Source: Pyrinomonadaceae bacterium (GTDB taxonomy: Bacteria > Acidobacteriota > Blastocatellia > Pyrinomonadales > Pyrinomonadaceae). Taken from it: a stretch of DNA of 51,168 nucleotides. Location: contig DATLBQ010000040.1 in NCBI GenBank assembly GCA_035526805.1, positions 1 to 51,168 on the forward strand. Direction: 5' to 3'. The translations under genes and the position numbers were made by a program. Within the stretch, counting starts at the first letter, position 1. The number at the start of each line of letters is the position of its first letter. The notes under the pieces were generated by a model. That model was given only the letters and a program-made list of their open reading frames with translations. It made no database searches and was not told the origin of the DNA. Below are positions 27,548 through 36,402 of this stretch, one piece after another.

Positions 27548-28912
27548 ATGGCCATGACAGAACCCACAACCCGACAACTTTTGGAGAACACCGCTCGACG
27601 CGCCATTTCGTATCTCGAGAACCTGGACAACCGCGGGGTTGCGCCTTCTAACGATGCGATTGCGAAACTGACCATCCTGGACCAACCATTGAACGACATC
27701 CAGGCTTCGCCGGAGGTCGTGATCGACTTACTTGACGAAGTTTGCTCGCCGGCAACGATGGCGATGGCCGGCCCGCGCTTTTTCGGGTTTGTAATTGGTG
27801 GCGCCCTGCCGGTCACTCTCGCAGCGAATTGGATTGCCGGCGCGTGGGACCAGAACTCCGGACTATTTACGCCCACACCGGCGACCGCCCAACTTGAGCA
27901 AGTTGCCCTGAAATGGCTGCTTGACCTTTTCAAGTTGCCGCCCAATTGTGGTGGAGCCTTTGTTACCGGCGCCACCATGGCAAATTTCTCTGCGCTAGCC
28001 GCCGCGCGTCATGCGCTGCTGAAGCGCGCCGGCTGGAACGTCGAAGCTGATGGTTTGTTTGGTGCGCCGTTAATAACTGTCGTGGTCGGCGACGAAGCGC
28101 ACCCGACGCTGTTCAAGTCGCTGGGACTTTTAGGACTGGGACGAAATCGAGTAATCAAAGTGCCGGTAGATTCGCAGGGGCGAATGCGGGCCAATGCCAC
28201 TCCGACGCTTTCGGGCCCCACTATTCTGTGTGTCCAGGCAGGCAATGTGAATACAGGCGCCTTCGATCCGTTTCCCGAGATCTGCGAGCGGGCACACGCG
28301 GCCGGTGCCTGGGTCCATGTTGATGGCGCCTTTGGTTTATGGGCGCAGACCGCTCCCTCAACGTCGCCACTCGCCGCAGGTCTTGCTGCCGCGGATTCGT
28401 GGGCCACGGATTTTCACAAGTGGTTGAACGTGCCTTACGACAGCGGCATAGCCATCGTGCGCGATGCTGAGGCGCTGCGCGCAGCCATGGCGATCACCGC
28501 CGACTACCTACCGACCAGCGAATTTCGCAACCCTTCCGACTTTACGCCCGAACTGTCGCGCCGCGCGCGTGGAGTGGAAGTGTGGGCCGCACTACGATCG
28601 TTAGGGCGTGCCGGCGTCGCCGAACTAATAGAACGCAACTGCCGTCAGGCGAGACGCTTCGCCGCAGGGTTACAGACGGCCGGGTTCAAGATTCTGAACG
28701 ATGTTGTTCTTAACCAGGTATTGGTATCGTTTGGAGATGCGGCGACAACGAATCGCGTGGTAGCGGAAATTCAAACTGACGGGACGTGCTGGTGCGGTGG
28801 CACAGTGTGGCAAGGACAAACGGCGATGCGCATTAGCGTGTCATCGTGGGCCACGACCGACGTGGATGTGGACCGTAGTTTGGAGGCGATAGTTCGTATT
28901 GCGCAAGCATGA
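27548..28912 (+). CDS. pyridoxal-phosphate-dependent (group II) amino-acid decarboxylase family protein
   Basis: 454 aa. PLP-lysine motif DFHKWLNVPYDSG, HVDGAFG, TGATMAN. Confidence 0.85.
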   Translation: MAMTEPTTRQLLENTARRAISYLENLDNRGVAPSNDAIAKLTILDQPLNDIQASPEVVIDLLDEVCSPATMAMAGPRFFGFVIGGALPVTLAANWIAGAWDQNSGLFTPTPATAQLEQVALKWLLDLFKLPPNCGGAFVTGATMANFSALAAARHALLKRAGWNVEADGLFGAPLITVVVGDEAHPTLFKSLGLLGLGRNRVIKVPVDSQGRMRANATPTLSGPTILCVQAGNVNTGAFDPFPEICERAHAAGAWVHVDGAFGLWAQTAPSTSPLAAGLAAADSWATDFHKWLNVPYDSGIAIVRDAEALRAAMAITADYLPTSEFRNPSDFTPELSRRARGVEVWAALRSLGRAGVAELIERNCRQARRFAAGLQTAGFKILNDVVLNQVLVSFGDAATTNRVVAEIQTDGTCWCGGTVWQGQTAMRISVSSWATTDVDVDRSLEAIVRIAQA

Positions 28913-28962
28913 GCCGCGACCGTAAGGAAAAAGGCTACGTCAGCAGTCTCCACAAGACAATG

Positions 28963-29077
28963 CCTCCGTCAGGAGCTACGTAAGACAAAGGCTCCGTTAG
29001 AAGCCAAATGTTTTTAGAAGGAATCCTCTTAAAGATTCTTTCCTTCGTTTGGAGCGATAAACTCGCTCCTGACGAAG
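28963..29077. repeat. long imperfect palindrome (cctccgtcaggagc ... gctcctgacgaagg)
   Basis: The outer 14-nt arms are complementary with 1 mismatch. There are weaker inner pairings. Confidence 0.55.
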
Positions 29078-29255
29078 GAAATTCTGGGAGAGGGCGCCAG
29101 GCTATAAACATCTCGTGCTTACGGCACGAAGCAGCCGTAGGCTACCGCTACGTTCTGACTTTGTCTATTGAGACCAAATATAGCTTAGTCGAACTCTTCG
29201 CATTCCTGGTCGCTGTTGTTTGCAGTAACTCCACTTCATATCAGAACCGCATTTA

Positions 29256-29285
29256 TTGACAGCCTGTACTGGCGAAGCGTATCTT
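29256..29285 (+). promoter_or_regulatory. candidate sigma-70-type promoter upstream of the GH19 lysin gene
   Basis: TTGACA-18 nt-TATCTT, about 110 nt upstream of the ATG at 29398. This rests on sequence match only. Confidence 0.25.
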
Positions 29286-29397
29286 GCCTCCGTTTTCCTG
29301 CCAACGACTCGAGCAGCCTTCGTTGGTTCCGGATATTCAGGCAACTACTCACATTGGTTTGCTTCCGTTTCCAAATCCACTCTGAAGGAGAAAGATC

Positions 29398-30219
29398 ATG
29401 CTCACAGACGATGAACTCAGACAAATAATGCCTAACCTCCCGGCAGCAAAGCGCGCGGATTACCTTCCTTTCATACAACAAGCGATGGCGGAATTTGACA
29501 TTACATCTTATCTGCGCGAAACAGCTTTCATTGCTCAGTTGGCACACGAATCAGCGGAACTGCGTTACATGGAGGAGATTGCGTCCGGCGCTGCTTACGA
29601 AGGCCGCGCCAGCCTTGGCAACACGCAACCGGGCGACGGGAAGCGCTACAAGGGACGCGGACCAATTCAGCTTACCGGCCGCGCTAACTACACGAATTAT
29701 GGTCAACTGCTTGGTCTCGATCTCGTTAACAATCCAACGATAGCTGCGACTAAGGAAGTTGGTTTTCGCATCGCCGGCGAGTTTTGGAAATTGAACGGCC
29801 TTAATGAACTTGCCGACAGGCAGGATTTCAAACAAATCACGAAACGCATTAACGGTGGCTACAACGGGCTCGACGACCGGATTAAGTATTACGAGCGAGC
29901 TAAGAAAGTCATGAGCAAGGATGACGTGGTTACGGCGGCTTTTCCCGTCGAGTCGTCGGGCGGCTCTGTGTCGTCACCCGCTTCAACTTCGACCACCGGA
30001 ATTGCCGCGTGTCCGAGTCCATACTTGCGACAAGGCAGTCGGGGAGATGCGGTTAGAAGTATGCAGCAACGATTGATTGATCTTGGCTACAACGTTTCGG
30101 TCGATGGAAACTTTGGGCCAGGGACGTGCGCTGCGGTGAAAGCTTGTCAGGTGAAGAACGGCCTAAGTGATGATGGCGTCATAGGTCCGAACACTTGGGC
30201 GGCTTTATGGCGCAGTTAG
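29398..30219 (+). CDS. glycoside hydrolase family 19 lysozyme/chitinase-like muramidase fused to a PG_binding_1 domain, with no signal peptide
   Basis: 273 aa. GH19 blocks FIAQLAHESAELRYMEE, YKGRGPIQLTGRANY, INGGYNGLDDR. Ser/Thr linker. C-terminal GDAVRSMQQRLIDLGY...DGNFGPGT...GVIGPNTWAAL. AAGGAG SD sequence 8 nt upstream. Confidence 0.85.
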   Translation: MLTDDELRQIMPNLPAAKRADYLPFIQQAMAEFDITSYLRETAFIAQLAHESAELRYMEEIASGAAYEGRASLGNTQPGDGKRYKGRGPIQLTGRANYTNYGQLLGLDLVNNPTIAATKEVGFRIAGEFWKLNGLNELADRQDFKQITKRINGGYNGLDDRIKYYERAKKVMSKDDVVTAAFPVESSGGSVSSPASTSTTGIAACPSPYLRQGSRGDAVRSMQQRLIDLGYNVSVDGNFGPGTCAAVKACQVKNGLSDDGVIGPNTWAALWRS

Positions 30220-30361
30220 AATGGCCGCAAGATTCGGTCGCTATTACTCGAGGTTCTGACTTTGTTACTGTTAACTGAGGACGCATCGCCGAAATAAAAA
30301 CAATAGAAACAACGGCGACGAGTCTCGTAAACGCGCCTTTTTTGCGCCGACTCCGTAACCA

Positions 30362-30398
30362 TGAAAGCAAAACGCCCGCGACCATAAACGGCGCGGGC
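30362..30398 (-). terminator. candidate intrinsic terminator for the 30499..30921 gene
   Basis: On the minus strand, a GCCCGCG-n11-CGCGGGC stem is followed by TTTTGCTTTC. It lies about 100 nt downstream of the stop. Confidence 0.4.
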
Positions 30399-30498
30399 AT
30401 TTGTAGCGAGTTGACTTCCCCTCTCTCTTCCCTCTTCCCCTCTTCCCCTTTTACCCCAAAGCGGCGTCTCTCCGGCTGATCTCGTTATTTTAGTGATC

Positions 30499-30921
30499 TT
30501 AACAAGGCCCGCGAGTTTGCGCGCCTCCATCGCACAGCGCCGGCTTGACAATAATCCAGGTAACGATCGCGCCGACCGCGGTCGCGCCCAAAATTAGCCA
30601 GGTCTTTCCTGAGACACCGCTGCCCGCTTTCTTCACCGATGAAGTGTCCGCATAGGCCACACTGTTGCGCGAGCCCGTGTTGCTGTCCACGACAGTGAAC
30701 GAATCCTGATCCGCGTCGCTGATATAACCCTTCAGCTTCGTGTTATCGCGCAGTTTGACCTCGACGCGCGCGTTTCCGCCTACACCAATTTTTTCAACCT
30801 TAGTCCTAATCTGTTCTGTAGCTCGCGCATCGTTCATGCCCTGCGCTCCAACGGATTGCAGACCCAACGAGGTGAGTAGGACCATTACTGAGAGCATCAT
30901 TGCGAAAGTTCGTCTAAACAT
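30499..30921 (-). CDS. small secreted protein with C-terminal membrane anchor
   Basis: 140 aa. Signal peptide ending VGAQG, beta-rich middle, C-terminal TM segment WLILGATAVGAIVTWIIV. Confidence 0.65.
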   Translation of the reverse strand: MFRRTFAMMLSVMVLLTSLGLQSVGAQGMNDARATEQIRTKVEKIGVGGNARVEVKLRDNTKLKGYISDADQDSFTVVDSNTGSRNSVAYADTSSVKKAGSGVSGKTWLILGATAVGAIVTWIIVKPALCDGGAQTRGPC

Positions 30922-31324
30922 TTTGTCTCCTCTTATCTAATTATCTAAGTTGCTGGCTCGGCCCAAGAGCAATCACCATTCCTCTATACCAGCTGACATA
31001 GATTCAGTGAAAAAGGCTTTATCAGTGGTTAGGAAAGTTCCGATTACCGCAAGGAAGACAGGGACTCTTCGATCAACGGTTGGAGATTAGGACTTCTCTT
31101 GTCGTCTTTTTCCTGCACGGGCCAATTGTAGCGGGGATGGTCAGGGCTATCAGAGCATCGCAGACAAGGACATGCTTGCCGCTACGGTGAGCCACTGCCA
31201 ATTCAACCACCGAAACAATCCTTACCTCTTCCGCGATACGTTATTGCGCCTTTTGCAAACATCCAATATCGAATACAAAACGCTGACAGCTAACGATCAG
31301 GCGACATAAACAACTTCCCACCTT

Positions 31325-33307
31325 TCAAAATCGCCTCCAATCAATTTTGGATGGCCCATAGGTCCCCTTGGGAAAGTTTTGTAAAAGTTGGTCAATACTC
31401 TCAGCTGGCTGCACTAGGGATACAGTGCGCCTATTTGATTCCCCGGCAACTTGAAGCTCAGCTTCTTTGGGAAAATCAACCTCAGCATAGTATGGCGATT
31501 GATTGACGATGTAGAAGACAAAGGGTTTTCCTTGCTCAAGGGCAGGAATTCCAACCTGATGTGTATGATGAGATATTAGCTTTCCCTGATTCGATGTTCC
31601 CTCATAAAAGCTGATTTCATAATTCATAACTAAGTTTAGCAGTGCGGTTTCACTGTAGTTCTTGAGTTCACAACGTGACGCCATTTCAATGGCATAGCCA
31701 CCTTTCTTTAATTCGCCTTTCTCGGCAGGCCACCACATTGATTTCGTGGTGAAGTTTCCAAGGCTAGCAAACCCCTCCGTAAACACTGGGTTAAGTGGGA
31801 GAAAATAGCCCGTTTCGTTAATTGCAATTGAGATGGGTAAGGTTGTAATTTCGTACCTTGGCAGGATTGCTACTGCCCGCTGATTTCCTTCGGATGTTGT
31901 CTTAGCAGGGATTTGAGAAGGCGCGCTAGTCTTTAAGGTGGCTGTTTCTTCCCGGCGCGGTTTAGGCAATTGTGCGCCGATAACAACGATAAGAATCACC
32001 AATCCATAGATCGCGACGCCTGACCAGAAGAATATTAGACGCTCTTTTGTTTTAGCAATACGTGGCCATTGCCAAATGCAGAGACCCAACACGATCCACA
32101 ATGGCAACGTGAGCCACAACGGAACGTGCAATTCGTTTAGTATCAAGGTACCTAACACTGCAAATACCGAAGCGAGAACTGGATGCCGTGAAGGGTCCTT
32201 TGGTTCAGTGTGAGTTGGACCATCGGGCGGAGGCTTGGGTGATTTTGGTTTCGACTGATCAGAACTACTTCTCGAAAACGGACCAGCAGGATTCCCATGC
32301 GGGTAAAGTGGCTTAGGGCCGCTTCTGATACCGGGCGTAGCTCGTGGCCCAACCTCTTTTGTCCGGGAATTTCTAACAAAGTTTAGTCCCATCTCACTCT
32401 CAGGCGGATTGCCATAATCAGGTCGATCTTGAGGCTTCGACATTTCTTCGTACCACTTATGAAGATCGGCCAACGAGGCGTCAGCGGGCGGCAGTAGATG
32501 AGCCTTACTAGGGTCTTCTTTAATCCTTTGCAGCATGTCCAGGGCATGGGCTGTGAGTTCCTCTTCAGCAAGTAGCCGTTGCTGCTTGCGCCTCTCGGCC
32601 TCGTTGAACGCTCGTTCATTGGCGTCCCAAAGCATTTCTCGTCGTTCAGAGTCTGCATTCTCATATTCTGCCCGGATTTGTTCCGGCATAAACCGACGCA
32701 ACTCATCAACGTATTCTTCTTGTGCTGTTCGACCGCGCGTCTGCCCCGGCACACTGATGCCTGTAGGCTTTGTCTGCGGATCGTCAACTGACGTTGACTC
32801 AGAACCTTCTGGAGCATGAGTGCCAATAGGTCGGACGTCGTCAAACTCACCGGGCGGCGTTGGGTGCGGCGAAGTTCGGGACGGTTCAATATCCTGAAAT
32901 ACTCCGTCAGTCGGCTCGTCTTCAGATGGAGACTGTGAAGCAAAGTTCGTAGCCGTCTCCAAAAACTGGCGCGCATCTGCCTCTGACAGATTGAGCATTC
33001 GTTGAACTATTTCGATTCGGGCGGGAGTGAACGACGGCTTAGGGACTTCTGGTTCTGCGCGTGGCGGCTGCGGCGATTCCGACTGTTTTGCCTCTTGGCG
33101 TATCCTCTCACGTTCACGGCGCTGCGCGTTCTTCCAGTCACGAACGTGTGCATCCCAGAATTGCTTTCGCTGTTCAGGGCGCATATCAGACATCTCGTAA
33201 GTGCGCCGCTGATTCTGACCCATGAATGTGAAAAGCTCTTGATCTGTCGGTTCGCGGATTTCTTCTTCCGATGGTGAAGTGTCGTCGGGCTTAGAGGGAT
33301 CGGCCAT
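31325..33307 (-). CDS. orphan 660-aa membrane protein: disordered charged/Pro-rich N-terminal half, 3 TM, about 210-aa C-terminal domain
   Basis: Long uninterrupted ORF with no signal peptide. Internal repeat of an (M)PEQ...W DA(H/N)...RR(E/K) acidic/basic motif. TM cluster VLASVFAVLGTLIL / LWLTLPLWIVLGLCIW / LIFFWSGVAIYGLVILIVVIG. No family motif recognised. Confidence 0.7.
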   Translation of the reverse strand: MADPSKPDDTSPSEEEIREPTDQELFTFMGQNQRRTYEMSDMRPEQRKQFWDAHVRDWKNAQRRERERIRQEAKQSESPQPPRAEPEVPKPSFTPARIEIVQRMLNLSEADARQFLETATNFASQSPSEDEPTDGVFQDIEPSRTSPHPTPPGEFDDVRPIGTHAPEGSESTSVDDPQTKPTGISVPGQTRGRTAQEEYVDELRRFMPEQIRAEYENADSERREMLWDANERAFNEAERRKQQRLLAEEELTAHALDMLQRIKEDPSKAHLLPPADASLADLHKWYEEMSKPQDRPDYGNPPESEMGLNFVRNSRTKEVGPRATPGIRSGPKPLYPHGNPAGPFSRSSSDQSKPKSPKPPPDGPTHTEPKDPSRHPVLASVFAVLGTLILNELHVPLWLTLPLWIVLGLCIWQWPRIAKTKERLIFFWSGVAIYGLVILIVVIGAQLPKPRREETATLKTSAPSQIPAKTTSEGNQRAVAILPRYEITTLPISIAINETGYFLPLNPVFTEGFASLGNFTTKSMWWPAEKGELKKGGYAIEMASRCELKNYSETALLNLVMNYEISFYEGTSNQGKLISHHTHQVGIPALEQGKPFVFYIVNQSPYYAEVDFPKEAELQVAGESNRRTVSLVQPAESIDQLLQNFPKGTYGPSKIDWRRF

Positions 33308-33493
33308 GCTGCAAGTCTACGCACACATCCCTCCCGCATCAAAGTAGATGGCGTGCGATATTTGTTGCGCCGCCAATTCAAATCTGGAGGATAATGCCCG
33401 CGCTTTCAGTCGCCTTATCATCTGGTCCTGCCTACCAAAGGAGTTGCGCATGCCCCAAAGGATCGGCCTGGCTCTGGCCTACGCGCTGTTGAT

Positions 33494-33862
33494 TTGGATT
33501 ACGGGGTTTTTTGGGGCATGGTGGTCTTTATGACACCAGCACTCAAGGGCGTCCCGGCGATCCCTTTTGTCTCGCGCTATCCCGCAATTAGTTTCCCGCT
33601 CCTGCTCGCGTGGCCGTTCGTCGGTTACTTGCTGGCGCGAAGTTATTTGCGGAGAACGACTGTCGATAAAGCTCCGGAAGGCTTGAAGCTCGGGCTGACA
33701 TTCGCGTTGGTGAATTTCGTCCTTGATCTGCTGGTCCTGGTTTTATTATTCAAAAACGGATTCAGCTACTTTGCCTCCTTAACTGTTTGGGTCGCCTACT
33801 TCCTTTTGTTGATCATCCCCTGGTTAACCGCACGTTCATTAGCTTTGACAACTCACCCGTAG
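33494..33862 (+). CDS. small polytopic membrane protein; the 5' end probably continues upstream in another frame (ATG 33450)
   Basis: 122-aa ORF with 3-4 TM. An ATG at 33450, preceded by AAAGGAG, opens a 27-codon hydrophobic ORF that runs into this one across GGGGTTTTTTGGGG (33503-33516). Confidence 0.5.
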   Translation: MDYGVFWGMVVFMTPALKGVPAIPFVSRYPAISFPLLLAWPFVGYLLARSYLRRTTVDKAPEGLKLGLTFALVNFVLDLLVLVLLFKNGFSYFASLTVWVAYFLLLIIPWLTARSLALTTHP

Positions 33863-33875
33863 CCGCACAGCGTCG

Positions 33876-35195
33876 ATGCCCCACTCAAGGACACGAAGGA
33901 AAGGACGCCTGGTTTTCATTTCGCTGCTGCTGCTGGCTTTCGTATTCCGTTTGGCCTTCGGCTTGTGCTCTCAGTTCGTTGACGAAGATACGAAACAGAT
34001 TTATTTGCTCGGTCTAAAGTTTTATACGACTGGAGCCTGGCCCTATTTTGGTCCGGATGTTGTCTGGGGGGAGATTCAAATCCCCGGCGCCTTACAAGCG
34101 CTACTCGTCGGCGGTCCTTTCTTTATCCTGCCCATTCCTGAAGCGCCCTACATTCTGCTGAACCTGCTGTCCCTTGCCGGCCTTTGCGTGCTCGCCTGGT
34201 ACTGCTGTAAGCGTCTTCCCGAATTGCCGCGCTGGTTCGTTTGGTCGTGGCTGCTAACGGCGCCGTGGGTGCTCAATCTCTCGACTACTATCTACAACCC
34301 GTCATACGTCTTATTCGGCTCCATCCTTTTCTTTGTCGGTGCGCTGGAAATCTATCCGTCGACTAGTAAGCAAATTATCTCGGCAGGGCTCGCTAACTTC
34401 TTGATGGGGTTTGGTCTTTGCTGGGTGATGCAACTGCACTTGTCCTGGCCCGTGCTCGTGCCTTTCGCGTTGGTAGCTTTCTACTTTCAAACGCGGCAAG
34501 GTATCGGCGCGTTTGTGCGCGGGCTGGGATGGTTTGCCCTCGGTACTTTGGTTACGGGTTCACTTTTGTTGCCAACCTACCTTAAGTTTGGCTTCGGGAA
34601 AGGCTCAGGTGGGACTACTTCGGCAATAACACTTAACCCCGAAAATATCACCGCGCTCTGGGGCATACTCATTCGCTTACTTTCGTTTGCCAGTTTCGAA
34701 GTGCCTCGACTTCTGGGCCCACACACGGCAGAGAGAATCGCCTTCCTCAAAGCCGAACGCTGGCTTATTCCCTTCGCCGCGTTTCTCTTTTTGGTAGGAA
34801 CAGCACAAGTAGTCGCACTGATTGTCTCGTGGTTCTTGCGGGACCAGAGGCACAGCGATTGGAAAGCGATCAAGTATCTGCTGCTCTTCAACGTCCTAAT
34901 CGTTTACGCGAGCTTCCTGTTCTCCATTAAGCCGCCGCAGTCGAATCATCTCTATGTCACCCTACCGATTCCGATAATCTATAGCCTGTATTGCTGGAGC
35001 AAACTGTTGCAGAGCAGGCGTTGGCAAATGTTCGGAAAGATATTCATCGCCTGCGGGTTAATCTTTCATGTTGGTCTGGCGGCCAGCAATCTCAGAACCG
35101 TATCAATCTACCTTGAGCGCAACAAAGTTGTAGTAGCAATTAAAATTAAGGATTATCGACTGCTGGGTGAGCGACGGGCGGGAGCCAGGTACTAA
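33876..35195 (+). CDS. large polytopic membrane protein, possibly a GT-C-fold glycosyltransferase (ArnT/PMT-like)
   Basis: 439 aa with about 11 TM. The first periplasmic loop has an acidic DED..QIY motif that resembles the GT-C DExxY loop. The functional call is weak. It starts 13 nt after the preceding ORF. Confidence 0.6.
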   Translation: MPHSRTRRKGRLVFISLLLLAFVFRLAFGLCSQFVDEDTKQIYLLGLKFYTTGAWPYFGPDVVWGEIQIPGALQALLVGGPFFILPIPEAPYILLNLLSLAGLCVLAWYCCKRLPELPRWFVWSWLLTAPWVLNLSTTIYNPSYVLFGSILFFVGALEIYPSTSKQIISAGLANFLMGFGLCWVMQLHLSWPVLVPFALVAFYFQTRQGIGAFVRGLGWFALGTLVTGSLLLPTYLKFGFGKGSGGTTSAITLNPENITALWGILIRLLSFASFEVPRLLGPHTAERIAFLKAERWLIPFAAFLFLVGTAQVVALIVSWFLRDQRHSDWKAIKYLLLFNVLIVYASFLFSIKPPQSNHLYVTLPIPIIYSLYCWSKLLQSRRWQMFGKIFIACGLIFHVGLAASNLRTVSIYLERNKVVVAIKIKDYRLLGERRAGARY

Positions 35196-35403
35196 AGAGG
35201 TAGACCGCAAACAGTAAACAGCAGACGCATGAAGACACGCGGAGGCGGAAGATGAATAACAACAGCTCAAGTTGTCCGACTGTCGACTTCACAACACAGG
35301 CCTGCGCTTTTCAAGATCGCCATTGTTGTCTAGAATCTGATCTCAATTAACCGACAAAAACGATTCCCCTGCACGTAAACGATCCGAAGACGGAGAAGAA
35401 GTA

Positions 35404-35646
35404 TTGTCTGAATCTCGACAACGCGAGTCGCGGCGCGGCTACCTGAATCCAAGCCTGGTGAGAAGCGTCTCCTTCTGGATTACCAGCCTTTGTATTCTCG
35501 TTGCCGTGCTGGCATCGCTGTTGGCGATTTGGAAGTTCGCCGGAACTGATATCTTATGGCGCACGGTCGCGACGTGTGCGGTAATTGGCAGCGGCACCGT
35601 TGCGTTTTATTGGGTCAATGTGCTCTTCGGGAAGACACTCGATTAA
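35404..35646 (+). CDS. small 2-TM membrane protein
   Basis: 80 aa, TTG start after a GGAGA SD sequence, two hydrophobic helices. It ends 33 nt before the racemase-family gene. Confidence 0.5.
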   Translation: MSESRQRESRRGYLNPSLVRSVSFWITSLCILVAVLASLLAIWKFAGTDILWRTVATCAVIGSGTVAFYWVNVLFGKTLD

Positions 35647-35679
35647 TGCCATGAGGTCAGCCTCTGTGGAGATGCCCGA

Positions 35680-36390
35680 ATGAAAACGGTCGGTATCGTT
35701 GGCGGCATCGCTCCGGAGTCGACCATTGAATACTACCGCCAGATCATAGCCGAATATCGTAAGCACTCCAGCGTTGGAAATTATCCTTCGATCATTATCA
35801 ACAGTATCAACCTCACTAGAATGATCGAGTTGATCACGGCGAATCAATTGGCTACGGTGACTGAGTATCTGCTGACCGCACTCGACAGACTTGCCCGCGC
35901 CGGAGTTGACTTCGCTGTACTCGCTTCAAACACGCCGCATATTGTGTTTGACGAAGTTCGCGCGCGCAGTCCGCTGCCGCTCATCAGCATCGTGGAAGCA
36001 GCTTGCGCTGAAGCTGAGACGCTTGGATTGAAGCGCGTAGGTCTGTTCGGCACACGCTTTACAATGCAGGCAACTTTTTACAGCGACGTATTTTCTCGTG
36101 CCGCAATCAAGCTCGTCGTGCCCAGCGAAACGGAACAAGACTACATCCACACTCATTATATGGACGAATTAATCAATGGAATTTTTCTTCAGGAGACTAA
36201 GCAGCGACTGCTGCAGATCGTCGATCAACTGAAGGAACGATCTCAGGTTGATGGAATCATTCTTGGCGGCACCGAGCTGCCTTTGATTCTGCGTGAGGCT
36301 GAACACAACGGAGTTCCCTTCCTGGATACGACGAAGATTCACGTCAATCGCATCGTCGCAGAGCTGGTGGCGTACCCGGCGTTCAGCTGA
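35680..36390 (+). CDS. Asp/Glu racemase family protein (YgeA-like) lacking both canonical catalytic cysteines
   Basis: 236 aa. Motifs KTVGIVGGIAPESTIEYYRQI, LFGTRFTM, FLDTTKIH. The catalytic-site blocks read LASNTPH (Ser83) and LGGTELP (Gly197), where family members have CNTAH or TNTMH and GCTE. Confidence 0.85.
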   Translation: MKTVGIVGGIAPESTIEYYRQIIAEYRKHSSVGNYPSIIINSINLTRMIELITANQLATVTEYLLTALDRLARAGVDFAVLASNTPHIVFDEVRARSPLPLISIVEAACAEAETLGLKRVGLFGTRFTMQATFYSDVFSRAAIKLVVPSETEQDYIHTHYMDELINGIFLQETKQRLLQIVDQLKERSQVDGIILGGTELPLILREAEHNGVPFLDTTKIHVNRIVAELVAYPAFS

Positions 36391-36402
36391 TTACGCCAAA
36401 CA

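Noticed and set aside
31128-31200. Cobalamin-riboswitch-like fragments (GCCGCTACGGTGAG, GCCACTG)
   Set aside because: The upstream GGGAA/GGTG..AA.CC core is absent. There is also no downstream gene in the right orientation, because the next gene is on the opposite strand.
28913-33400. Interpretation of the GH19 lysin region as a prophage
   Set aside because: I saw no integrase, terminase, capsid, tail, holin or att-like direct repeats. At most this is a remnant, so it is reported only as an atypical patch.
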